From contig NC_043016.1 in NCBI RefSeq assembly GCF_006345805.1, positions 14,384,001 to 14,448,000 of the forward strand: DNA of 64,000 bases. The letters are read 5' to 3'. Source of the stretch: Octopus sinensis (Eukaryota). A program made the position numbers and the translations under genes. This document shows positions 37,649 through 52,633 of this stretch, one piece after another (the first letter of the stretch is position 1; each line of letters begins with the position of its first letter). Below the pieces are notes generated by a model. The model ran no database searches. It was not told the DNA's origin and saw only the letters and a list, made by a program, of their open reading frames with translations.

Positions 37649-40600
37649 GACATTGACTTCATGTTCACAAATATCACTACTTTCAGTGTCGTCTATTACT
37701 TGTCTCGACTCCCATTCTAGGTTTGATGTCTGTACTTCTTTCCTCTCCAATATCAGAGATTATATGATTGCAGAATCTGCAGATTCGTTGCTTTTTACCA
37801 ATGTAAGAAATTCTTATTTCTGTTATTATTATATAAATACTCTAATGACACTTTTGAAATATTCTACAGATCGTAAGAACCGTTCAAGATTGGAGTCTAC
37901 AGACTGTTCCCCACCTGAATTTATTTTACCAAATTCTAAAGAACCACCTTTACTTTACTTGCATCCTTCTATTAAAGAACAAAAGGTAAGATATGTTATT
38001 AATGGAAATTTTTTGGGTAGTGGTTTGCTGACCTTTGTTCTTCATCCACACGATCAGAAATGCTAATAACTCCTCTCCCACCCCAACCAATCTTCTGTTT
38101 CATGCACAAATAATTGACGTTTACTTTTTGGATCAAGCGCTCTGTGCATAGTTAGGGTTTCTATTGCATCTAATGCCTCTATTCTTTGTCCATTTCACTA
38201 TTCTGGGATTATAATGTGACAATAGCAATTGCCTGTGTGTTGATCAGATTTATCAGATCCTTTGAATTAAATTTAGACTTTATCCCTTTAGCATTGATAT
38301 TACTCTGTCTAATGTAATACTTGTTTATTCACATTATTTTAAATTAATCATGCATTATCTCATAGCTTTGAGATTCTGATGATGTGATCGTTTATTTTCA
38401 AAATGACATTGTAGAAAGGTGTGAGAGGCAGGATCTGGTTAATTTGAGCTCAATATGGCCAAGTTAAATTATAAAGGGTTAATATTCCAATTTTTTGAAA
38501 AAAAATATTGTTTTCACCTTTTTCTTATGCATTTTGATTTATTGTTGTTATCGTAATTAATATTCCAGGGGCCACAGTGCTTGAAAGTGATGACATACAG
38601 TGGCTGGAACCCACCTCCTGGTAACCGAAGAATGCACGGTAAACTAAACAATATTGTATTTATTTTTCGCAAGTATACAAACACACACACACACGCTCTT
38701 GTATGAGTTAAATATAAAATAAAAATATAAAATAAAAATATAAAATTTAAAAAAATATAAAAATAAAAATATAAAATAAAAATATAGCTAATGGAATGTA
38801 TCTTATCCCAATTAATTTATAATTGACCTGTTTAGGATCCTTTGTTTATTATATGATCTATTTCCTCATGCTTGCATGGGGAAGAGGCATTACTGTAGGA
38901 TGTTCTCCATAATGCAAACCATTCCAACTGATGTAAGAGTGGAGCCTATTTTTACTCCAGTCTCATTAATTAGAGCAAGCAGATTATTCAGATTCAGCAT
39001 TCAGATTATTCTGTCAAATGTAATGCTTATTTATCCACATTGTTTCCAATTAATCATGCATTATATCACAATTTTAAAATTTGGATGATTTAGTAGTATT
39101 TTTTAGAATAACTTCATAGAATAGGTATAAGAGGCTGGATCTGGCTAGTCTGAACATAAAATAGGTAGAATATTTGGGCTGGAAATGGCCAGTTTAAATG
39201 CTAAAGAGTTAATGGCTGTAGAAAAATATATATATTTTTTTGCTTAAGAATATAATATCTAATTTTTTTTTTAAATACAATTTTAATACAATGTAATTAA
39301 ATTTAAAATATTAATCTACAGGGTGGTAACAGGAAAATATTTTGTCTTTTATTTTAAAGCTACCCATCATTATTTTTGCTCATGTTTAAGAGTATATGTA
39401 CAGTTGTAATTATGGATCACACTTCTTTTAAATATAATGAGATGGCCCATTCTTCTGTCTTTTCTTATTTAGTGTTTACCTTATCAATTGATTGCTACAG
39501 AAAAGTATTATTTGATTTATAGATTTAAAAGCTTGTTAGATTCTAGCAACTCATTAAAATTCCTGTAAAGAAATTAAAAAATCTGTTAAACTCTGAAACA
39601 GTTAATGTTTCTGTTTTAATATAATTGTGTAATGAGATAATTAAAAGTGATTATTCTCTTAATTTTCCAGGTGATCTCCTCTACTTACATATAGTCACAC
39701 TGGAAGATAAAAGGTTTCATGTCACTGCTTCTACACGAGGTTTCTATTTAAACCAGTGAGTGGGCTTTTGTTTCTCCCTGACAAATTTTTAGCTGTTTCT
39801 CTTCCATCACCAATACCTCTCTCCAGACAACTTTCAGGGATTCTGGTTTATCAAAGTTTATAAATTAGTTTATTTTCTGAAGTGCTTATACATCTAAGTT
39901 TTGGCTTTTAAATACTGTTTTCTCTCTGGGAAAGACAGACTGTTATAGTTCCTGTGTGATGTATGCGACAGTTACTTAGCCCAAGGGCAACCCTGACTCA
40001 ACAGATCTATAAACAAAGGTATTTCATTATTTAATGAGTCTTGCCTCTTTTATAAACAGTGGTGGTGTTAACTTGAGAGAGATTTTGCTGCTCTTTTTAG
40101 CAGAACTAGTAACCATGTTGAGGCTCCTTCATTGGTTTGGAACCCCTTGTCTACATAGCAACCAGCACTCAAAGGATCTTATTGTTTGACTGACTAGAAA
40201 ATATAACTCACAATGTTGAAATGTTAGTATACTGCTTGAAGGGTCAACAGGTTATTTCTAGTCAGCTGCGTTATGTTGTGCTCCTAGCAAAGACATAACT
40301 CCCAATAACCCAATTAATTTAATTGCAAATACTATTAATTGTTATATTTGTTTATGTAATTCCTCCTCTTCAACTTAATTTTCACTTCTATGGACATCAG
40401 AGAGAGTAATATTTCTGTTGTCTACAATAAAATGGAGACATTTTCTCTCAGTGTTTTCAATTTTCAGGGAGGAAACATAAAAATTTGCATATTGAACTAT
40501 TGGTTTTGGTTATGATTACATGTCTGTGATTTTTCACAAAAAAAAAAAGAAAAAAAAGTGAGAGAGAGAAACAGTTTTCTTATTTATTAGATCCTGCAAC

Positions 40601-43600
40601 TGAGTACTGAAATGCTGGATCTAATAAATGTTAGCTTGTTCTGTTGAGCTAATCTCTCATTGATATGAAGAAATCTGCATAAAGTTAATCCCTGAAGTCA
40701 CTATAAAATATTTATGTCTTCCCTTGTCTGTTTTTTTTTTTTTTTAATTGGTCATGATCCAGCCAGGCTTTCTGTTAGCCAAGGTTGGCCATACATGTGC
40801 AGATCTGGGCAAGATTTTTCATGAAGGTTGGTGGCTGCCTATGTATGCAAGTTTCTTCTCCAAACTACCTATGTGGTATCCAAGGAAAAGGCCCCCAACT
40901 GTTTGGGGCAATACGTCATTGCTGCCAAAATACAAAGAATCAGAACAGATACTGATCATCTAACAGTTCTACACCAATCCACTCTCCTGGACTGAGACAT
41001 TTTTCTTTTTTCAACCCGAAAGGATGGAAAGTAAAATTAACCTTTCAGGTTTTGAACACAGAATCAGCACAAATACAGGAAAGCATTTAAACACTCTAAT
41101 GATTCTGCCATTTTGCCACATCTCATATTTGAAAAACTTCGCTGACCTATAGGTGTGGTCATTTAGTTCCAAGATAGCTTTGACTTGGTAGATCTATGAT
41201 TAAAAGATATTCCAACCATGACATTTTTTTAAGCAGTAGTAGGAAATTTAAGGAAGATTTGGTTCTATTTCTTGTAGGCTGAACAATCACATAAATGCTC
41301 CCTTACTGCCTTATGTGTATTGCTAAAATAAGTCTAGGAGAGCAAACTCTTATGTAATGCAGAGTCTTATTTCTTCAAAACAAGTTAACAGTAATAATAT
41401 ACATTGGGTTTCAATGTAATTCTAAGTTTGTGTAATAAGTTTTTCTATTTATTAACCAACATAGAACAATACTAAGTGGTGAATATGAAATGTGTCTATT
41501 AAATGTTTTTATTAGTTAATGTCTATTTCATATTAAAGGCGACAAACTGGCAGAATCATTAGCACACTGGGCAAAATGCTTAACTGCAACGTGTCCTTCA
41601 TGTTCTGGGTTCAAATTATGCTGAGGTCAACTTTGCCTTTCATCTTTTTGGGGGTTGATAAAATAAGTACCAGTTGAGTACTGAGGTTGACATAATTGAC
41701 TGTCCCCACCCCCCAAAATTGCTGGCCTTGTGCCAAAATTTGAAATCGATGTTTATTTCATGTTTCACTCATTTTATCTTCCTTCCAGATGTACAGAAGA
41801 TGAATTCAATCCTAAAGTTGCCGCTCAAAAGCACTTATCACATTCTCTTATTGAACTCCTGAATCAAGTAAATATCACATTTGTTTAGAAAGAGATTTGT
41901 TATTGATGTTGTTTGTCTTTTCTAACTTCAAGTATGTTAATATTTCAAATTTCAAAATATATTTTAAAATTACTTATATTCTATGAAAGAGCAAAATTAA
42001 CTTCCCCTTCTTCACTCTTATACATGTGTGTTATATCCCTAGAATATAGTATAGCCCAAAATTCTGTACTGAATTCACTACAGGTGTGTGGTTAAGAAAC
42101 TGGCTTCTTGACCATATGATTCCAGGTTCAGTCTCACTGCATGGTATCTTGGGAAAATGTCTTCCACTATGGCCTGGGGCAGACAAAAGCCTTGTGAGGG
42201 AATTTAGTTGACAGAAACTGGAAGAAGACCACCATGGTGTCATCATCATTTAATGTTCCTGTTCTGTGCTGGCATGAGTTGGATGGTTTGACAGGAGCAG
42301 ATGAGTCCAGTCACTGCTTTAGCATGATTTCTATGGCTTGGACGCCTTTCCTAATGCCAACCAACCAACCAACCAATTTACTGCTTGTTCTGGGTGCTTT
42401 TATTGTACTGCTAGCATTAGTGATGTTACCAAAAGGCAGCAAGCTGGCAGAATCGTTAGTATGTCAGGAGAAATGTTCAGCAGTATTTCGTCTGTTGCTA
42501 CATTCTGAGTTCAAATTCCACTGAGGTTGACTTTACCTTTCATCCTTTCAGGGTCGATAAATTAAGTACCAGTGAACCACTGGAGTCGATGTAATTGACT
42601 AGTCCCCTTCCCCACAATTTCAGGCCCTGTACCTATATTAGAAAGGATTAGTCATGTCAAGCAGGTCACAAGACTATGGAACCTGATGTAGGATGGGAGA
42701 GCAGATTTATGCTAGGAATTGAGGGTAGGGTTAGTGTTTGAAGTGGGGGGGGGCAGGTTGTGGAGGGGCTACGTGGTTACATTTAGAAGAATGGGTGAGA
42801 GTGCTCTGTAAGAGCTGCAAATAGTGATGGTGTGTTCAGGTGGACTCCTGAAGATGATGAGGTGTGAATAGTAGTGATGGACACGGAGGAACTAGGAGTG
42901 TGGGGTGGGTCAGTTGGGATTTACAAAGAGTGTAGGGATGGAGCAAGAGATGGGAAAATGGAAGGTAAGCAATGTTTGTAAAGGGTTGAAGTGTGGATAA
43001 GGGGTGGGGTGGAATGTAACCATTGTGCAGGGAAGTGGGGGAGGGGTGAGCAGCAGCTACTCAAAGACAGCTTCTGTAGTGAAGATATAGTTGAGAGGTG
43101 GAGGGGGCAAGAGAGAAGGGACATGCTATTGGGTAGGCTACATGAGTGGGGGGAAGTGGAGGTAGGTGTATTGCACAAGGGGAAATAATTTGATGGTTCA
43201 ATATGGGGAGGAGGGGGATTAATGTAATGTGTGTGAGTATAAATATATGTGTGTATATATATTTATTCTGTGTAAATCAAGAAATGATGAGAGGGAATTT
43301 TCAACATCATCATCACTTTCCATGTTGGCATGTGTTGGATGGTTTGACAGGGGCTGGCTAGTCAGAAGACTGCACCAAGCTTCACTGTCTGTTTTGGCAT
43401 GGTTTTTACAACTGAATGCCCTTCCCAACACCAAGCACCCAGCAGGGCAGACTGAGTGCTTTTTATATGGCATCAACACTAGCAGAGTCCACCAAGTAAC
43501 TTGTAAGACAAAGATCTTTTGAGAGGAGAGAGGGCATTGGAGGAGGTGATTTTGTGTCAGATGATGAAAAGTACAAGAAAATGAGTTTTCGCTATACATA

Positions 43601-46600
43601 TTGACTTTTAAAAAATCGTCTGACATTGAGGCATATAAATCTGTGATGGAAGAAATAGGTATTTTTTTCTGTCATAGGTTTATACACTCCAACGTTAGAC
43701 TTTTTTATTGTCAGTATGCATAGTGAAAACTTATTTACAAAATAAATATTTATATATGAGTGTATGTGTATGCACTTGTGTCTGTGAAACAAATATCTGC
43801 AATTGCTTGTATGGAAATGTGATTGGCAGCAGTGTTGTTAGCTTCTCTTATCAATAAATCTTCCAGGTACCTTGTTCCATTGAATCCATGAGGAATAAGT
43901 GATTCTTTATTTGAAAATTAGGTAAAGGTTAGCATTGAGGAAGGGCATCTGGATGTAGGAAAATGCCTCAAATAACATTTGTCCAACCTAACAAAGCATG
44001 GGAAAATGTACATCAATGAACGGATGATATTTATATCAGAGTGGGCGAGTGAGACTTAACCCTTTTGATACCAATCCACTTGTGACCAATCCCTTCTGGT
44101 TCTATGGTATAAACTTGTTTTAAAGTCATCTAAATTAAAACCTTTCATTAAAATTTCATTTTTATTTATACTTTAAAAGTTAGCTTAATAATGACAAAGT
44201 TATTTTAATAAATTCTTCGTTAATTTTCAAAATTAACTGAAACTAAGGTAATGTATAATAAGAGGAATATGGTAAGAAAAGGGTTTAGGTGTTTCAGCAT
44301 TTGTGAATCGGTCGATAATGTTTTATGGCATTGAAAATTCTTGTTTTCAGATTAGTCCTTCTTTCAAAAGAAATTTTGCAATTTTACTCAAGAAACGAGC
44401 TCAAAAGCACCCGTTTGAAAGAGTGCCAACACCGTATCAAGTGTATAGTTGGGTTTCTCCCCAAATGGAACATACCATTGATTACATTCGAGCTGAAGAT
44501 GGTAAGTCATTTATATATTTCTATTGTGAGATTAGTTATTGGGCTAATCTGCTTTTCCTTATTGTTTGGCAGAAATTAAGAATTCACTGTAGATTAACCC
44601 TTTAGCATTTAATCCCACCATGTCCAGCTCAAATGTTCAACCAGTTTTTTGTTAAACTGACTAGATACCTCTCACACCTACCCTGCAATGTCATTCTAAA
44701 AATATACAATGATATCATTGAAACCTCAAAGCTACAAGATAATGCATGGTTAATTCAAAATAATGTGAATAAATAAGCTTTACATTTGACAAAGAAATCT
44801 GAATGCTGAAGGGTTAAAATGTTAAACCATAACCAAAAGAGAGAAGATTGATGGTATGTAATTATAATGAAAATTGAAAGTGGATCAAAATGGTATGAAT
44901 GTTAGGGTGGTGAGAGTGGGGATTTGAACCAGTTGCCTTTTCTTGTTATTTTCTAAGTCAATCAAGGACAACCTGCAGCTAGTGGGATTTCCTGAATGGA
45001 AAAATTACCATCAGTGTTTTTAGTAGTCCTGCTTGTTTGACGATGAGTCACGCTCTATATGACCTGTTTTTTGAAAAAGGTGGCATATAAAAAGTACCGA
45101 ATACTGTCTGTAAAGTGGTTGGTGTTAGGAACATTTTTTTTTAGGACCAGAAGAATAATCCATCATATTTCTGCAACACCTGTATTTTTATGAGATATCT
45201 TTAGTTAGTGTCTTTCAAATATTATACCTACTGTAATAAATTTATATATATATATATATATATTTAATATCAGTTGTATAAAGCAAAAGACTTCTTGTAA
45301 TAGATTAAAGAAAAAATTGGGGCACTAATGGGTTAAAATAAAAATCAATTCCAAGTATTTTGGGAGAATTTTTTTCTTTCCAATGCTGAATATTTTGATG
45401 CAAGTTTTAGTACAAATATATCTCATATCTTGATTATTGAAATTTCTGGTATATTTTCCTGTTATCAGAAAGTTTCTTGCGATCATTGTTATAATAAGTT
45501 ACAGTTGATTAAATTTTTGCAACATAAAACCACCTCATCACTGCTCGTTACTTTGTTTTGACAATTTGTATTGAGCTTTTCTAGAGCTTCTTTACCGGGG
45601 TTAGTATAACCTCTATGTTGAACCAAGGCAGATCTCACTTTGATTACCTGTCCAAATGTAAATGGTAATTACTTATTGAATATTGATTGGCTTTAAAAGA
45701 GATGTAACCTTCTGTATCAAGCACAATAGTTTTTCAAACTTGGGTTTAACTCGAACATGTTGGCCAAATCTGTGAAGATTTATGTATGATTAGACATAAA
45801 CAGGAAATTATTATACCAAATTTTATCAATAGTTAATACAGTACAAATTGATACTGTATTAACTATTGATAAAACCTGGTAGAGTCATTGCTGTCATCAA
45901 CATCATCATCATCATCTTCAGTTAGCATGTTTTCCAGGCTGGAATGACTTGGATGGTTTGATAGGAGCAGGCAAGCTGGAGAACAACACCAGGCTCCATT
46001 TGTTTGTTTTGGTATGGTTTCTATGACTGGGTGCCTTTCCTAATGCCAACCACTTTACAAAGTGTACTGGGTGCTTTTTATGTGGTGACAGCACTTGTAC
46101 TTTTTATGTGGCACTCAACACCAGCAGGATCACCGAGCAACTTGCAAGACAGAAACCTCTCAGCTGGGAGTCAGAGTAGTATTGATGGAGGTGGCTTTGC
46201 ACTAGTTGAAAGTTAAAATACAATTGAGGGATAGAAATAGGTATCTTGGTATAGAGGGGATGCTTGGATACTCCAATTGGAAAAGAAAAGAGAGGAAAAT
46301 AGGTAGGCAAAGCAAGAGTGAGAGAGAGATTATGATGGAGTTGTTTTTGGATGTATGTAGAAGGTACAGTGAGGGTGAATATAAGTAGTACAGAGGATTG
46401 GAGAGAGAGAGAGTGAGATGCGTGGGGAATGTTTCTTAAGGGTGTTATGGGAGATTATTGGAGTTGGGGCAGAGGTAATTGAAGCAAGTGATAGAAGTGG
46501 CTTGTTGGTGGGGATGGTTATGGTAGATAGGTGAGAGCATTGAGGGTGATTGTGTGTGGGAAGAGTGGAAGGGGGCATACGTCAGGTATTGATCATGGAG

Positions 46601-49600
46601 TGAGGAAAAGCTGGAATTCCAGGAGAGCAGCATTTACTTAGTCATGTTTCTAATGGAATGTATATTGCTTCTTTACTAAACTTGCCTGAGTTAGCGTCCT
46701 TAGAGCCAAGTCCTCTCCAGATGTTTTAAATCTCAATCAGTTTGTGTTGAAATTATTCTGCCATTTAAACTCAAATTGTAGAGTAAAAGTTGTTGTAAGT
46801 CTCATTGATAATGGTTAAAACTTAACTGGAAACTGATGACAAAATGGATGTATTTTTTATCTTTTAGCATTTTCAACACGGTTGGGATATGAAGAACATA
46901 TACCTGGCCAAACTCGTGATTGGAATGAAGAGATTCAGACAACCAGAGAATTATCCCGAAAAACTTTACCTGACAGACTTATTCGTGAAAGAGCTATATT
47001 TAAGGTTTGTAACATTGTTAAATTACTCTGCTTAGATTGAAAGCTTGGTTATTTTATTTCTACAAGATTTTGTTTCTTATACTTAAGTTCTAGAATTTGT
47101 GAATTTAATAAAATAAGCAGCAGTAGTATACTGTTTAGTACAATTGACTGTCTCTCCTATAAAAAAGAACTTAGGTTGAGAGAAAAATAACTATTTATGT
47201 AAATGCTGTGAATGATTAAAAATATATTTTTATTGGAAAATTAAATTCAGAATTGAAACAATATGCAGTTTATTTCTGTAAAGATATTTCAATATCCGTC
47301 TTTTGGTACCAACCTACCAGAGTCGACCGATGGTTTACAGAACTTTGCTTTATACTGTTCATATCTAAAAACCACACATAATTTTTATGTAAGAAACATT
47401 ACCTAAGTTACATTACCAACACCAGCTTCATAATGAAAAGGTTAATTATTTGTAAATCCTTCCAAATTCTTGATTAGTTTCAAAATGATTTGAAACACAT
47501 AGATCATTGAAAATTCGAACACAAAGGTGTTCGAATTATTCGAGTTCACTTTGTTTCATTTATTTTATTACATGCTTGATAAAAACGTAGAAGGTACCCT
47601 ACCTACTTGCTCTCAATGAAGCATGATATCATCAAGTTCTCGACTTTGATTCGAAATTATTGACCTCAGAAAGATGGAAGTCAAAACTGAACTGGGCAGA
47701 GCTTGAACTTGTAGTGCAAAGATGTAACCATATATGGGAACATTTTCAGCCGAATAGAAAGGGACAACACAAGTCTTACTGTAGCTGATCATTAAGTTGG
47801 CTCACACACACACTCACACACATGCACTATGAGTGTGTGAGCAACAGCATTAGCGTTATCTCTTACTGCAGTTACTGCTACCAAGCTTTGTATTACCATT
47901 CCTGCGGGCCAATAAAACCAGTAAATAACAATTCACTTTTTGGTGTTTCTTTTGTTTATTGTCTCATGAACTTCAATTGAACTATTTATAGTAAAATAAC
48001 CCATTATATTCAATGACCCCTTTGGTGACCTGATTTCACGTTATATAAACCTGCTACATTTTACAATCCCAACCTGAGAACAACCAGGCTATTTTTACAT
48101 TAAGTAACACACTTTTCTTATGTTACATATTTATTTTATTTCCTCTTTAAGGTAAACAGTGATTTTGTATCAGCTGCAACCCGAGGTGCTATGGCTGTGA
48201 TTGATGGGAATGTTATGGCCATTAATCCAGGAGAGGATGCAAAGTAAGTGTCAAAAATACTTCTTTGTATGTTTTGGGTGTCAACCTACATCTTCCTGCT
48301 CTGTAATACGTGTTCTTCCCTCGTCCACTTCTTGTTATGTGTTAGATATCCCCTCCCCCTTCACTTAACAGCTCTGTGTTAATGATGTCACCACATGGTA
48401 ACTTTCTTTGAAACTTTAATGATGTTTACTTTTCTTTACTAATATCATGTTCATCCTTCGGTTAGATCACCATCAACTTTTAGCAATGTTTTAAAGGAAG
48501 ACCAGTTTTTTTACTTTCTGGTGACATACTTTAACATTTTCCTTTTTATTACCTTAGTCTTCTAGCTGTCTTTCTCTCCAGCTAGGACATCTTTTTAAAA
48601 AAGTAAACAACCTCATGTCATTTCGTGTGCAAATTATGACAAGAAGTTAGCACCCTAACCACATCATCATTTAGCGTCCGCTTCCCATGCTAGCATGGGT
48701 TGGACAATTCAACTGGGGTCTGTGAAGCCAGAAGGCTGCATCAGGCCCAGTCTGATCTGGCAGTGTTTCTACGGCTGGATGCCGGTTCTCAATTCAGTTC
48801 ACATTGCATGGCACTTTGGATGAAAGCCATCTGATTGGATTTGGTAAGTGGAAACTGAAAGAAGTTTGTGTGTGTATATATATATTTGTGTGTGTGTGTA
48901 TATATATATACACACACGCAATATATCAGCATGGCTGCAGCTCTGAGCTGAAACCAGAGAAAAAAAAAATGGTGTCATGCAAATGACACCTGTGCCAGTG
49001 GCATGTAAAAGCACCCATTACATTCTCAGAATGGTTGGTGTTAGGAATGGCATCAGCTGTAGAAACCATGCCAAATTAGACTGGAGTCTGATTCAGCCTT
49101 CCAGCTTGCCACCCCTGGTCAACCCATCCAACCCATGCCAGCAAGGAAAAACTGACATTAAATGATGACGATGAAAACCATTTATATCTTGCACAAGACA
49201 TGTAGCTCTGTTTAGTTACATCAGAATATTTGCTTTACTACAGCTTGGTACTGTCAACAGATTTTATGTAACCATTATAATCTTGCATTGAACCATAAGA
49301 ATTTACTTTTTCTTTTTATGAGTTACATTAAAATGAATGTTTGATGTGTTTTCACAGGATGCAAATGTTTATTTGGAACAATATTTTCTTCTCTCTTGGA
49401 TTTGATGTCCGTGATCATTACAAAGATTTTGGTGGAGATGCTGCTGCTTATGCTGCACCTGTAAGATAATTTTCATGATGTAAAAAACAAAAAAAAACAG
49501 ATGTTGGTGATTCTTCATCTCGTGTATGTGTGAGTGTGTGTCTGATATTGCACTGTTTCAACCACAGTTTCCTTCTACACTTGATAGTTTTGGAAAATAT

Positions 49601-52573
49601 GGTTGTTTCTATGTTGTTGAAATAATTAATTTTTACTGTTGGATGTCCTTCCTTCTATTAACTATTCAATAGTGATTAATCAGTAGCACTTTTTGTAGGC
49701 CAGGTAAGCTGTGGAATTAGAGTTGTTGTCTTGCCTAAGGGTACAAATCAATGTCTATAGCCAGTTTTGAACTCTTGTTCATATAATCAATATTGTAGCA
49801 TCTTAACTATACAGCCATGTATGTATACATACATAGATACATGGCTGTATAGTTAAGATATATATATTTGCTAGTAGGGACACTGTATTTTGTCTTGCAG
49901 TCATAATACTCTATCAAGTATATTAAACACTTTTGTTAGCAGTGTCATTCAGTTACTTTTAAAGTTATCTCTCCTGATTTCCTACAGAAATTAGAGCCAG
50001 CTTGAAGTTATGATGTTTTGTATACAAATACATCTATGTAAACAATGTAATCAAAAATTGGTTGGATATGGAACTGGAAAAAGAGCAAGAACTGAAATAT
50101 GTATACACACCCATTACCTATTTTTCTATCTTTGATTGCATTGTTTATATACGAAGCATTGTAACTTTCTGTGCTGTCTCTAAATTCTATCTAAAACCTG
50201 TTGAGATAAATTAAAAAAGATATGTGTGTGTGTGTTGTGTATAATGATAGTGGTTTATTTAAAGTACCCTGTGTACATTTTAAAATGTCTATAATACTGT
50301 TTAATTTATGTGTAGTTCCTAGCACTTGAAACTGCCAAATTAAATTATCTTTTAGTTTTTTTGGAAACAAACAGTGAATATTTATGTAGTTTCTTAACCA
50401 GTTTAATGAAGCAGACAGATATTTAGCAGTAATCTTTGAGATGTGGCTTTAATTTTAATTAACATGGCTTACATGAAAGACAGTATGGTTATAGTTAAAA
50501 ATATTAATTGATTCATCTGTCTATTTCCATATCATAGCAAGATTATAAGAAAAGAAATAACAAACGTCTTAATTCTTTTGATGTTATAATTGAGTTTCTC
50601 TTAACAGTTTTGTAACTTTTTTTTATTTTTTCTAAAATAGGGAAATGACCTTCAAGGAGTAAAAGCTTATTTTGGAATTGACCCTGAAGGTCTGTATATG
50701 CTTGGAACTATTGTTGTAGATTACCGTGGCTATCGCATAACAGGACAGTCAATTATTCCAGGTACTTTTTACTTAATTTTATTTTTTTCTTGTATGCTGT
50801 TTTTTTTTGTGAAAATACTTGTAAATATTTATGTACTTTTTTTTTTGTTTTTGTGTCTTTTTTTTACAAACTTAGATATTTTAATTTGACACCTGTAATC
50901 AACTTCAGGTATGAAGATTACAAAAGTATTTAGGCTTGAAAAGCTGCATTCAATAAAGTAAACTACATCGGTCTCTCTTTCGTTCCTCTAATTCTATTCA
51001 CAAGTTCTTCACAGCTTATGAACAATGCCCGTAATTTTGTAAATTATGCTGCAGATATGACACGTGAAATTTTTAGCAACTCTCTTCTTCATTATTATTT
51101 ACCTGTTTTATTTGGTACTGAAAATTACCTTATTTTTCTCTTTTAAGGTATTTTGGAAAGGGATCAAGAACAGTCAGTTGTTTATGGATCGGTTGACTTT
51201 GGAAAAACTGTTGTCAGTAATCCAAAGTATGAAGAATTGGTAGGTTATATTTAGTTGATGTTAACTGTTTAATTTCTGATATATAGCTTTTTTTATTTAT
51301 ATATGATGTGGGTTCAAATGTGGCTTTCCATGCTGGCATGGGTTGGATGGTTTGACTGAGATCTGGCAAGCCAGTAGGCTGCACTAGGTTCCAATCTGAT
51401 CTGGCAATGTTTCTACAGCTCGATGCCCTTCATAATACCAGTCACTCTGAGAGTGTAATGGATGCTTTATGTGACTCTGGCACAGGAACCAGTCAGGCAG
51501 CACTGGCATTGACCACGCTTGAATGGTGCTTTTTATCCTTTTTTTTTTTTTCAAACTTGTATGGGTTGGGTTAGTTCTTAAATTACCTTGATTCTTGTTG
51601 CAACCCCTATTCTACCATTGTAAACTGAAATTTTTTTTTTTATTTGTAGCTAAACATAATCACCCAAGAATAACTAATTAAGTTCAGGTTTAAAAATTCA
51701 ATTGTCTTTTTATACATTTGTATATATTTCTTCTTAAAATTGATCCTATGATATTTTTGTTGAGATTTAGATTTAAGGTTTAATCAATATTATTATATTT
51801 GGTAATTTTATAATAGCAGCACTAAACTACCTATGCAAATAAGCAACACACCTGTTTGACGTGTATTGCAACCAGTCACATTTTATGTTGGCTTTGATAA
51901 AATGTATGTAGACATCAAAAGAACTACCATTTATTTTGCAACAAAATGTAATCATTTTAATTGTCTAAATGAAAATTCTCTTAGAACGATGATACAAATA
52001 TTAAACTTTCATCCATCAGTCAGCTATTTTCAGTGAGTCTATGACAGCAAAGCCACCCTGGTGGCCAATATCAGTTGCAGAAAACATCACAGCTAAAAAA
52101 TGTGGATTTTACATCTTGTGTGGAATTTTTCTTGACCAAATTATAAATAAATAAATACATGGTTAATCTGAGAGAAGATAATATTAAGATGCAACACTCC
52201 TGTAACAGAGTTTATTTATGATGAATTTATGGTGTTACACTTTATTCGGGTATATTGTCACAGCATTGTATTTACATGCTCAGAATCATACAGTTTTGCC
52301 CTAAAAAATCACTTTAAAATATCTTTCAATATGTCTATAATGAAACATGCTAAACAAAATTACATTCTTTGTTCTTCACTAAGGAAACTCTGAGCTTTTC
52401 TTTTTGAAGTAAACTCTACCAACACATTCATGTTCTATTTTGTATTTTTAATTAATGCTTATTATATTTTTCTTGTGTATTTGTAGCTCAAGAAAACTGC
52501 CCTTGCTCTTAAAATTCAACCTCACAAGTGAGTCACTTTTTAAAAATACTATTCTGTCAATTGTACCACATAA

Positions 52574-52633
<60 letters not shown>

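Noticed and set aside
47512-47537. 11-bp hairpin aattcgaacac-aaag-gtgttcgaatt
   Set aside because: Short, next to a MITE remnant, and no Helitron-type end follows; compatible with chance or TE debris.
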